In this document: piece after piece, positions 1-11,398 of the stretch
Layout: each line of letters starts with the position of its first letter
How positions within the stretch are numbered: the stretch's first letter is position 1
NCBI GenBank assembly: GCA_030265395.1
Contig: JARFYF010000094.1
Coordinates: forward strand, 61,297,876 to 61,361,875
DNA: 64,000 bases
Source: Rhina ancylostomus
Taxonomy: Eukaryota
Reading direction: 5' to 3'
Notes under the pieces: generated by a model
The model's database searches: none
What the model saw: the letters and a program-made list of their open reading frames with translations, nothing else
What the model was told of the DNA's origin: nothing
Translations under genes and position numbers: made by a program

Positions 1-110
1 ACCCATAGCCCTCTATTTTATTCAGCTCCATGTACCTATCTAACAGTCTATTGAAAGACCCTATTGTATCCACCTCCCCCACCGTTTCCGGCAGCCCATT
101 CCACGCACCC
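1..110 (-). mobile_element. CR1-type LINE 3' fragment
   Basis: Resembles the CR1 3'-end sequences elsewhere in the window (e.g. 17850-18010). Confidence 0.55.
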
Positions 111-2528
111 TTACTGCTATTGTTTAAATTATTGCTGAAAATGGAGAATACATTCTCTTCCTTCTACAGAACATCTTAAGGCCTGGATGTCTCCTTCATG
201 TCATCGTAACATAAATTATATCTTGTGCATCCTGAGCAGGCTCCATAGCGTGTTCACCAGTCTGTTATTATTTGAACTCATCTGATGTGGTGATTTAATC
301 TAATAACCTATTACATTTATTTATTGTCATCTTGTTTCAACAGAAAAAGAGACAAATTAATAAATACAGTAGTCATGCTAAAATCTATCACATAAGTAGA
401 ATACCTGCAAGTTATATTTTTACTTTCAGTATGTTGTACCCAATGTCTGTTAGCTAAGTTGATGTTTCTCAAAGCTAATTCTATCTTTTCTAAGTCCATA
501 GTGCTTGACTCACCCCTTGTAACATCATATAGTTACTATTCATTTTAAATTAACTTAATTCCTGAATACTTATGCACTTCAGAAGCACAAGGTATGCTAA
601 CATAAATCTCAAGGGTATACTCTTGTAGCCCTGCCATGTATTTTCAGATCTTTGTTGACCAGCCTAAATCCATATGGTCACAGGATTTATGTTTGAATTG
701 ATCTTCAGGGAAAAGTTAAACGTTTATAATTTATCTACTGTTATTTTAGAAGGCAGTAGATGAACATGAAGACTCATGTCACTTTTCCATCTTGCATCTT
801 ATTTGTCAGGTACTCACAATATACACGCTGCTCAGCCAGACAGTTCGACGAGTAGTGGCAGGTGCACGATAATGCTACAATTGAAACTCTGATTAAATCA
901 GTGGCTACATCACCAAATGATCCAATTTTACTTCATGATATTTTATAGTTTGATCTGTTTGAATTTGTTTGTACTTGTGTTGTTTAGAGATAATAAGTCC
1001 CTCAGTGGTCCACCCTGAATTACAGCAATTGCTGCTCAGATGGGTGTTACAAATTGTCAGGTTTCTCAAGACTTTCTTTTGACAGTCATGTCATGTTGTT
1101 CCATGATCTACAAGTTGAATATCTGTACAAGTTGAATACAAGTTGAATAGAGAATTAATAATTTAAGCTTTACGTGTAGTAAATTGTTGAAGATAACTAA
1201 ATTTATTGTGATGGAAATTGGAAATCATAACTTCTGCTACTTGAACACTAAACTCCGGAAGTCCCACTCTGAACTGCTCTCCTTGTCCAACTCCCCCTTC
1301 CTCCCCATGAAGCTCTTTCAGACCCGTCCCTTTAACAAAGCTACAAAGCTTCTGATCACCTGTCCAAATATTGACCTTGACACAAAAAATTCTGCAGATG
1401 CTGGAATCTGGAGCAATACACAAAAAGTGCTGGAGGAACTCAGCAGGTCAGGCAGNNNNNNNNNNNNNNNNNNNNNNNNNNNNNNNNNNNNNNNNNNNNN
1501 NNNNNNNNNNNNNNNNNNNNNNNNNNNNNNNNNNNNNNNNNNNNNNNNNNNNNNNCCTGATTTCCTCTTCTGTCCCAAATATATTAGCATAGCGGTCTCT
1601 CAGAAGGATTCTTTTTTTTTTGTTTTCAATTTTAGCCTGATGCATTGAATAACTAACAGAATCTCATTTCTTGTAAGGGGTGCAGGTTATTCTTTGGTGA
1701 ATCAGCATAGGGTTTGGTACTGAGTTTGCAGACCAGAATAATCGTAGCTCAGTATTCATTCTGTACTAGCAGATCTCAGACAGGACAGGAAAAATGACAT
1801 TAGAATTGTTGAAGGGTCCAGCTCTTCTTGTTCTTGACCACTATCCTTTGCACCCCATTGGAAAGTGCATATGTGGATGTCAGACAAGACAATTAGCCTT
1901 ATTTCTAATGTTCTCCATTCAGGAAACTTGTCATTACTATCACAGCTCATGCACGAAGAAAAGCCAATATGTCTATTCAATAACAACAAACAAAGGGACA
2001 TATGATTTTCTCAAGAACTGAATATCATTGCCTTCCCTTGCCTCCCCCAGTACTATTAAACCATGAGTGAAGCAGAAAGAATGGCCAACCAAATTCCTTA
2101 ATACCTTAATTGGTGAATAAGTCCTATCAAGGTATGCATCCTAGAAGTGGGTTTAAATTATGTTGGATTAGTTCACTGTCCTTAAATTAAACTAAATATG
2201 CTTTTGAAGCTTAGCTAAATTTAGATGTACATGACATTTAATGACTTGTTTTATTGAACTCGGGAACTCTTCATAAGTATAATATAGTATATCCATTGTA
2301 TGTACATATGATTTCTTGAGACAGTAAATATTTAATATTGAAATAGGGCATTTTTACTAGGTATTTTATGATGCAACAAATGAAACCTTAACCAAAGGCT
2401 TTTATAGCAGAATGGAGGAAGGACAGAGGGAAGTGGATTTTGGCAAAGATATGTTAGAGTGAATGGTCTAAATACCAACCAATTCCATGGCCAAATCTAT
2501 TTGCTAATACAGTGCTATTCTATTTCAG

Positions 2529-2588
2529 TGAAAAGGAAGAAGCCAGTACTTTCTGATAGTGAGGATGAGAAAGAAGTACAGAATAAAT
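2529..2588 (+). CDS. IWS1: IWS1 internal coding exon (60 bp; VKRKKPVLSDSEDEKEVQNK)
   Basis: tttcag acceptor and gtaagt donor, phase 1-1; both boundaries match junctions in the intronless copy at 5333/5334 and 5393/5394. Confidence 0.85.
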
Positions 2589-2876
2589 GTAAGTATCCAG
2601 CAAGGTACAAGGGTAGCTTTAATGTGTATTATTTTAAATAAGCATTCATCTAAAGGTGATACATGGAGCCATCCATCACTCACTATGGTAACTGCTGCAT
2701 CAAAAGATGAGAAATCAGCTTGTCACTCTTGCAGTGTCATATTTATCTGAAGGATGTGTGTGTGGCTGGCCCATCAAACTATATTTCCAACACTCAGAAC
2801 AAATAAGTGTTTCAAATGGTTAAGAACCTGGCGCAATGTGTAGGACTAGTCTAAATAAGATGTTTTTTTTCCACAG

Positions 2877-5800
2877 CTGTAAAGAAAACTCGCTTGATGT
2901 CGGACAGTGAGGATTCAGACAGTGATGTTGCACCCACCAAGAAAAGTGTTGTTGACTCGGATAGGGAGGAATCAGGTAGTGAAGCTGGTGATGTAAAGAG
3001 AAAGCAGGCTGTCTCAGGAGGCCAGGAATCTGACAGTGAAGCCGATGTTGCTCCAGTGAAGCGTATCGTTTCAGACGATGACGATTCTGACAGCAGTGCT
3101 GACGTCTCAAAAGCCAAGCGTATAGCCTCCGATGACGATGACTCCGACAGTGACTCAAACACTCGTGTGAAAAAGCAGGTTGTTTCTGATGCTGAGGATT
3201 CTGATGGCAACGTGGGTGTTAGGAAAAAACAGGTCTTCTCTGATGGTGATGGTTCAGAGAGTGATTCTGCTCCAAAGGAAAAGCGCATCGTGTCAGACGA
3301 TGAGGACTCCAACTCAGACAGTGATACAGTTGCTAAGAAAAATCGCATTCTTTCCGCTGGTGAGGATTCCGACAGTGATGCTGCACCAGGAAAANNNNNN
3401 NNNNNNNNNNNNNNNNNNNNNNNNNNNNNNNNNNNNNNNNNNNNNNNNNNNNNNNNNNNNNNNNNNNNNNNNNNNNNNNNNNNNNNNNNNNNNNCTCTCT
3501 GTCTCTCTCTGTCTCTCTCTGTCTCTCTCTGTCTCTCTCTGTCTCTCTCTGTTCCAGAACAACTTGATGACGTTCTTTAACTTCTGTTGATGTAAGCACG
3601 CCACACACACTCACACTATCTTAAAGGAACCTCACTAATTGTAACAGGAGGCCATACCTTCAAATATCAAGACCCTAAGCTTATTCCCTAATCCTCTCCC
3701 ACCTCTTAACTGCTTTAAAATGTTCCTTATGACTCACATCTCAGCTCTCTGCAGCCTCTGTGCTGTCAGACTTTCTGTCCAGTGTCCAAAGTCAAGTTTG
3801 AATAACCTTCAGTTCAAAGTCAAAGTTGTACGCAGAAGTACATGTACGCACACATGCAATGAAAAACTTAATTGTGTTGTGGATTGCCGAGATCTGAAAA
3901 TGACCAGGAAACAGAGAGGATTCCCCAAGAAATTAAACTTCTATTTGCAAGCAAAAGCTGTGACAGTCAGACAACCAGTTACCAGTCGCTGCTCCCTCTG
4001 ACTGCCCCTGGGGACAGCTTATGGGGCTTTTCTTATAACTTTTTCATAGCTCGATTACACTTTCACAATTCATCATGTTTTCTCTTTGCAATTCTATCCT
4101 TAAACCATTTGCCTCCTTTCACCATTGTTTTTCTGACTCATTGCCAGTTGTCTTTTGTCACAGTCATTTCCTGACTTAATCACAGGTTGCCTTAATTATT
4201 TGTGGGCATTGGGGGTACTGGTACTAGGCTTTATTAGCTACGAGGCTGTTAGTCACAGAGCTGCTATAGAGTCATTAGTCGCACTCGCACTTACAACCAT
4301 TAGCTACACAATAGATCAATAGTGTCTTTGAGCTAGCTATCTATTTAATGAGCTGCAATAGATCAAAAGTGTCTTCCTAGGAAAATGCTGACCATCTGTT
4401 TAATGGGTTCCTGCACTCGGGTTGGAGATGAAGAAGACCCAGCGGCCATCTTAAGGAGACCAGCGGCCATCTTAGACACAGAGCAGACTATGAATAAGAA
4501 AGTGTACAGCCTCTATTTTCTATATATTCTATATTGCAGCAGCATCACGGGCACATACATACACAACAGATACACAACATTCACAAGAAAACATGAATTA
4601 ATCATACATTATACACATTTTTTTTACAAGAAAGAACACAATTAGAGCCAAAAAAAAGTCAATTGATGAAAAGCACGGTGACGCTGGAGGAACTCAGCAG
4701 GCCAGGCAGCATCCGTGGAGAAAAGCAGGCGGTCAATGTTTCGGGTCAGGACCCATCTTTGGAACCTGGTGGTGTGGGATTTTAGGCTTCTGTACCTCCT
4801 GCCAGAGAGTAGCTGTGAGAAGATGGCCTGGCCTGGATGGTGGGGATATTTGATGATGGATGTTGCCTTCCTGAGGCAGCGCCTCCTGTAGATACTCCCG
4901 ATGGTGGGGAGGGATTGGGCTGAGTCCACAACTTTCTGCAGCTTTTGCATTCCTGCGCATACAAATTTCTGTACCAGACCATGATACATCCAGTCGGGAT
5001 ACTTTCAACAGGATATCTGTAAAAGATTATTGGAATGTTCGGTGAAAAGCCGAATCTCCTTAACCTTCGAAGGAAGTCAGGGTGCTGGCGTGCTTTCCTT
5101 ATGACTGTGTTTATGTGATTAGCCCAGGACAGGTGTGGTTATAGCTGCTGACTCTCTCCACTGTCAATCCCCCAATGTAAACTGGCACATGTTCTCCCTC
5201 CTTCCCCTTCCTGAAGTCAACAAGAGTGTCACCTGAACATCATGCGAGCAGAGGAGCCAGTGGTAATGACAGTCCCTGGCCCTCCCAGGGCTTCCAACAG
5301 TGATGGTGAGCAAGAGGAGAGTGGAAAAAACAGTGAAAAGGAAGAAGCTAGTACTTTCTGATAGTGAGGATGAGAAAGGACTACAGAATAAATCTGCAAA
5401 GAAAACTGGCTTGACGTCGGACAGTGAGGATTCAGACAGTGACGTTGCACCCACCAAGCAAAGTGTCGTTGACTCAGATAGGGAGGAATCAGGTAGTGAA
5501 GCTGGCGATGTAAAGAGAAAGCAGGGCTGTCTCAGGAGGCCAGGAATCTGACAGTGAATCTGGTGTTGCTCCAGTGAAGTGTATCGTTTCAGACGATGAT
5601 GATTCTGACCGCAGTGCTGACATCTCAAAAGCCAAGCGTATAGCCTCCGATGACGATGGCTCCAACAGTGACTCAAACACTCGTGTGAGAAAGCAGGTTG
5701 TTTCTGATGCTGAGGATTCTGATAGCAACGTGGGTGTTAGGAAAAAAAACGGGTCTTCTCTGATGGTGATGGTTCAGAGAGTGATTCTGCTCCAAAGGAA

Positions 5801-7004
5801 AAGCACATTGTGTCAGACGATGAGGACTCCAACTCAGACAGTGATACAGTTACTAAGAAAAATCGCATTCTTTCCACTGGTGAGGATTCCGACAGTGATG
5901 CTGCACCAGGAAAATAAGAGTCCAAGGCCATCTTATCTGACAGTGATGAGGAGAATAAGTAGCCCTCCCAAAAAGCTGAATCTGGTCTCTTTGGCAGTGA
6001 CAGTGACAGTGAATCTGAGGATGAGACTGGTGTCGGAAACTTGATGGCTGAGGCAGGAGTTGACTTGTGCCAAGTACTTCATTGGACATCAGCTTTTGCC
6101 CTTGGCCTTGTGCATACACTTCCATGGCCTCAGCTCTGATTCTGGCCCTGTCTTCTGGCTACCCTCACCCAAGCTGCCGACAAACCCCATGTCTTGGCCG
6201 ATCTTGATCAAAGTTGGTCTGTGCACTCTGAGCGACCGCTGGCTGAAATTCCACTCATTACCAGCCCCCTCCTACACTGGGCGCAATTTACAGTGGGCAG
6301 TTCGTCTGCTAATCAGCACATCCTTGTCATATGGAAAGAAACTGGAGCAGCCTGGTGGAAGCCCATGGAGAGCGTGCCCTGACAGCACCCAAGGTCACAA
6401 GATTCCATAAGACAAAGGAGCAGGAGTCGGCCATTCAGCCTATCGAGTCTGCTCCGCCATTCTATCATGAGCTGATCCATTCTCCCATTTAGCCCCACTC
6501 CCCTGCCTTCTCCCCATAACCTTTGATGCCCTGGCTACTCAGATACCTATCAACCTCTGCTTTAAATACACCCAATGACTTTGCCTCCACAGCCGCCCGT
6601 GGCAACAAATTCCACAGACTCACCGCTCTCTGGCTAAAGAAATTTCTCTGCATCTCTGTTCTGAATGGGCGCCTTCAATCCTGAAGTTGTGCCCTCTTGT
6701 ACTAGACTCCCCTACCATGGGAAACAACTTTGCCACATCTACTCTGTCNNNNNNNNNNNNNNNNNNNNNNNNNNNNNNNNNNNNNNNNNNNNNNNNNNNN
6801 NNNNNNNNNNNNNNNNNNNNNNNNNNNNNNNNNNNNNNNNNNNNNNNNTCGCATTCTTTCCGCTGGTGAGGATTCCGACAGTGATGCTGCACCAGGAAAA
6901 CAAGAGTCCAAGGCCATCTTATCTGACAGTGATGAGGAGAATAAGCAGCCCTCCCAAAAAGCTGAATCTGGTCTCTTTGGCAGTGACAGTGAATCTGAGG
7001 ATGA
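2877..7004 (+). CDS. IWS1: IWS1 large Ser/Asp/Glu-rich exon; true exon is 2877-3394 plus 6901-7004 (622 bp), interrupted in this assembly by two gaps and a foreign contig
   Basis: ccacag acceptor at 2871-2876, gtaagt donor at 7005; 6849-6900 repeats 3343-3394 exactly; the merged length preserves phase into the next exon. Confidence 0.85.
3495..3551. repeat. (CTCTCTGT/CT)n microsatellite at contig edge
   Basis: Direct reading. Confidence 0.95.
4757..5223 (-). mobile_element. Rex1/Babar-type LINE 3' ORF fragment
   Basis: Translation RRCLRKATSIIKYPHHPGQAIFSQLLSGRRYRSLKSHTTRF; related copy at 44480-45050. Confidence 0.7.
5224..6051 (+). pseudogene. Processed (intronless) IWS1 pseudogene fragment
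   Basis: Crosses three exon junctions without introns (5333/4, 5393/4, 6024/5); +1 frameshift near 5524, +2 near 5742, stops TAA 5915 and TAG 5960. Confidence 0.93.
6270..6748 (-). mobile_element. V-SINE fragment (about 6270-6400) followed by a CR1 LINE 3' end (about 6404-6748)
   Basis: ggaaagaaactggagca core; translation DRVDVAKLFPMVGESSTRGH typical of the CR1 ORF2 C-terminus. Confidence 0.7.
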
Positions 7005-9049
7005 GTAAGTGAAAAATGCCCCTAAAGCCAGGATGAAACTACTGTAGGAACATTGCATTATTTCCCCAACTCTCCATTGTAGATTGTTTTGTAATAATTT
7101 TAGTAAATTCTGATAGACCCTTCATAGTATGTTCTGTTGAACCATGAAGAGCACTCAATGCAATAGTCCAGTGCTCAAACCTCTTCAGCTGTGCCATATA
7201 ACAGTGGCTGCAGTCCCAAGGAGTAACACTAAGTTACAGATGTAGTTCTGTATGCCACCAAGATAAGATAGCAGAGCTATTAACCATTTAACACAAGGCT
7301 GAAATGCTGATGGGTATAGATAAACCAGTGCGGGGAACTGGAGAAATTTAAGTCAGGCATCACAGAAGTGATGTATACTACATCAAGATGTTTTGTCTAT
7401 AAGAGAATTTTGTTTCCTTGCTGTCTGTTGACTAACTCATTAGGGGAAAAAACATTATCTAACTCATCTGTGGTAAATCATTATCTGAAACACTCTGGTA
7501 TCAGTACTGCATTTTAATGCTCTTGTAATTTGATGTAAACTGCTTAATTGCTACCAACTAAGTTCGAGTTATGCGTTATTCTATATGTTTATGCATTTTC
7601 TTAACTCATTTATTGAATATGTCTAGCGTCCTTTGGTATCAGTTGTTTTTACCTGCTTATTTCTCTCATCCTCCACTTTTAGACCAAAAAGTTGTCATTC
7701 ATACAGGAGAGCTGATAGAACAGTCTCTTCAGCGTTTCTTTTGTATTTGCCTGATGCCTTATTTGACCACCCCTTACTGTCTGTTAGCCCGTCTCTGCTT
7801 TGTTCTTTTGTTTGTGGTGTGTTCTATCATAACTCTTACAAGAATGCTGTTCATACTTCCTTCTTTGAAGAATATGTCAAAATTCCAATTATTAACTAGT
7901 TTTTAATTTCCTCCATGGATATCCGTCTTGTATCTCCCACACTTCACATTTTTCACCATTTCTATTATGTTGTTACTAATTTGCTATATCTTATCACTGT
8001 TCAGTTAACACCAGTGTAATGTTCCAAGATGTCGGTTGCTCATTGATGGTTAATCATTTGGCATTATGGCATTTGATTTATGGTCAAAAAATGAGACTGG
8101 GTGCATGATACTTGAGTGCCATTAAATTCATCCTCTTCCAGTTCTTAGGTAATATACTGATTTGTAATCTATTTAACTTTCACATAACAAGACAAACTCT
8201 TCATAGCTTCATAATTATTATTCAGCATTCCATTAAGTAAAGACTGGTGTACATTAAGTTTCTAACTTGCTGGGATGATAAAAATGTTGCATTGAAAATA
8301 CTGTATAAACAAAAAGCTGTATTCCTCCTTTCGGAAAGAGGGCAAAGTGTCACTTGATGAAGTCCAGGTCAGGATTCTTTGCTACACTCATTGTACTGTG
8401 TATTAGAGCTAAGGATGTACAATAGTTTTTCTATGCTCGTGTGATAGACATGAGAATGCACGTGGCAATTTGATCTTTCTCCATATCTGTTGGACGTGAA
8501 AAGTTGCACAGATAGAATCAAAGGGAATTTAGTGAATGGGAAGCTAAAATTACAATTCTTTGTTGATTGTTGACATACAGTCCATAATTTTGTATTTTTA
8601 ATAGTATGAAGTATGTTAAAGAGGTATAATGTAAAAGCAGCTGGGGATCACACAGAGTGAGATTAATCTTGGCTCATGAAATATTTGTATGTCCTGATTA
8701 GCACATATGAGATGCTTCTGTGTTGTAAATTTATATGGTTCTGTGGCTTGGTATGAAGCCTTAAACAACAAATGTACAAGAGTTATATACCTTATTAATA
8801 ATATTTCTACAAATGTAATCTATTTAGACTTCAGCCAGCCTTGTGGCCTAATCACTGTGTAGTACCAAAAGAGAGAGAGGTGCAGAAGGCAAGTCAAGTT
8901 GAAAGTTGGCTAAACGAGAGAAGACAACCAATATTTATGAATGGAACTGTTACCATCAAAAATCAGTGATGCAGCTGTTAGTGTTTACTGTGCATATACA
9001 TTATACAGAACTGGGGAACAGAAGCAAGGATGTCTGTCTTTACAGACAA

Positions 9050-9235
9050 CACACAGAATGTTGGAGGAACTCAGCAGGTCAGGCAGCATCTATGAAGGGA
9101 AATAAACAGTCAATGTTTCAGGTTGAGACTCTTCATCAGGACTTACTTCCCTCCATAGATGCTGCCTGACCTGCTGAGTTCCTCCAGGATTTTGCATGTG
9201 TTGCTCCAGATTCTAGCATCTCCAGAATCTCTTGT
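9050..9235. mobile_element. Short palindromic non-autonomous element made of Penelope-like termini
   Basis: About 50-bp inverted arms (ggaggaactcagcaggtcaggcagcatctatg / catagatgctgcctgacctgctgagttcctcc), homologous to the ends of 24435-26699. Confidence 0.75.
9107..9143 (-). ncRNA. Minimal type I hammerhead ribozyme motif
   Basis: Minus strand AGUC-CUGAUGA-agagucucaaccu-GAAA-C-AUU-GACU; stem I pairs and the core is intact. Confidence 0.55.
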
Positions 9236-10669
9236 ATCCCCCTATCTTTACATATGCTGGGAAGTGCATTCAAGCAACATTATTTAGGTCAACTGAGCAC
9301 AAAGGAAAGCAGATAGATGGGTTAATGTGGCAAATTGTATTTATTGTTGGAAAAATACAATACAAGGAGGGGAACTTAACAGCAGAAATATAAAGTATGT
9401 GCAAAAATATGCAGAAGCCAGTCAAAACAGCAAAGAGAGAAAAAACACAGTGACAGTTTTGGTGTTTCCCATTCGTTAGGTGTCTAGGGCTTGCAACTTA
9501 CCCTATTCACTTTAACAAAATGGTTCAGGACCATAGCACCCAACACAGGAGAGTGATCTGGGGGCATTGTGAAAAACTCATTGAAATGAACAGCATTTGG
9601 CATTGAAGCAAACCCAAACAGAAGTTGGACCATACAGCAGGTGGACACAGCATTGAAGTATGGGATGAATTTTCATCATCATAGCTGGATAGATAACTGT
9701 TCCTGTGGATTGAAAGCTTGTTCTTAATCTGCTTCATTTTTAAATCCACCAAAATCAATGGATAATCCACAAGACCAATGTTATATTTAGGTTGTAAATC
9801 TGCCCCAAAGAATTTCTACCAGTCACTGGGCCCAGCTGAAGTATTTGATGCAGTTCTGGTTCCCAAGCTCAAGACTTACCAGCTGTGAGGAGATGCTGAG
9901 AACTTTGAAGTTCCCTTTCATGAGAAAGGATGGCTAGGACCCCAACTAGTATGGTGGATGGTGAATGCCCCTATGTAGAATCAGCTTATATATTCTGTGC
10001 CACCTTGGACCATTGGGTTCCAATTTTATGCCTGTAAAATAGGTAGGTATAATCCAGTTTCTATACTTTGGAATAGGATTTATGACCGTGTCCATTGATG
10101 ATGTTGGGAAAAATTGAAGGATCATTGCATAGGTATTTGATGGTATTGCATTTAGATAGCATCTCAATAATACTTCATAATCAATAAGCCAAAAAAAGTA
10201 TTTCCCCAGATTTTATAGCATAATACGGTGAAATGCTAATTGGAAACACATTTTGAATATAGACTCTAAATAAATGATACATTTTGGCTGCAGGTGAAGA
10301 AAGATAAGTGTGCTACTATCAGTCATTAAGACCTATGCTCTATCCCCAGCTTGTTTCAGTGGGTTGAATGTTGCTGTTCACAGCAAGTAAATATAACCTA
10401 GAAGTGATAGAATCTGGAGAGAATTTATGAGAATCTGGGGAGAATAAAAAATGGGGTTAATGTAGGGTTAGTGTAAGTGGGTGGATGATGTTTGGTGTGG
10501 GCCGAAGGGCCTGTTTCTATGCTATATCACTCTGACTCTAAATACCTCTCTGCAATGATCTGTACCTTATAAAATTATCTACCATTATTTTAATGAAAGC
10601 AGGAAAGAGTTAGCAATTAAGTAACATCTCTTTGCTTCATCAAATTTTCAGTCTTTTGTAAAAAAGGAA

Positions 10670-10985
10670 AGTTTTTATAATGCAGTCATTGTTTTATAGG
10701 CAGCCAACTAAGGTATAAGGTACCGCAAACAGCAGTGAGTAAATTTGCTTTAGTACCTTTGGTAGAAGAATTAATGTTGGCAGTTCAGCAGGAGAACTCC
10801 TAAGTTCATGAGCTGTTTAATGACTGGCCAGAGAAACACACTGGGATTCTGTTTTAAACCAAAGGCACCCAACATCCAATGTAACCCTTCCTCAGCATTG
10901 TATCAGCCAAAATTGTGTTGGTGTATTTGAGTGAAGGTTGAGTCATGGGACTCAGGAGATCAAGATACTGTCAACAGGTGACAGC
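10670..10985 (-). mobile_element. Degenerate Deu-domain SINE-like element
   Basis: Remembered similarity to the AmnSINE/SacSINE consensus (caggagaactcc, ggcacc, ctcagca..agcc, gactcag); highly diverged. Confidence 0.35.
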
Positions 10986-11331
10986 AGGCAATATGGTTTT
11001 CTGCTACCATTTAGACGGATTGCCGCTTTTATATGTGAATTCATAGGGAGCGGAGCTAAATTATTTCCATCCATTTGACCAAATGTGTGCCCAGAATTGT
11101 CAGTTGTCCTAAATTCTAGTGGAGATTAATTTCTGTTGGAGATGTCCCATGTTAAGAGATCTCCATTGGCCACGACAGGTTATGTGCCAATACCCAGTGA
11201 CTTTGCAGCTCATTGGGAGGCACTGCAGTGGAATAAGAGAATAGTCCTTCACATATATGTAATATTTCCTATTGGTAGGATAAATGTCTATGGGTATCCT
11301 GGTAACATTTTCCTCTGCTTCCTCAAAACAG

Positions 11332-11398
11332 GACTGGTGTTGGAAACTTGATAGCTGACATTTTTGGTGAATCGGATGATGAAGGGGAAGAGTTTACA
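11332..11398 (+). CDS. IWS1: IWS1 exon (TGVGNLIADIFGESDDEGEEFT), TND-interacting motif region
   Basis: AG/GT boundaries; matches the NLIADIFGES..EEFTGF segment of vertebrate IWS1. Confidence 0.93.

Noticed and set aside
1109-1150. Three copies of tacaagttgaata
   Set aside because: Local slippage duplication with no unique spacers; not CRISPR-like
2851-3348. 165-aa minus-strand ORF (and 5164-5676)
   Set aside because: Antisense shadows of the low-complexity IWS1 exon and its retrocopy
5224-6051. Tandem exon duplication within IWS1
   Set aside because: Exact intron loss at three junctions indicates an RNA intermediate
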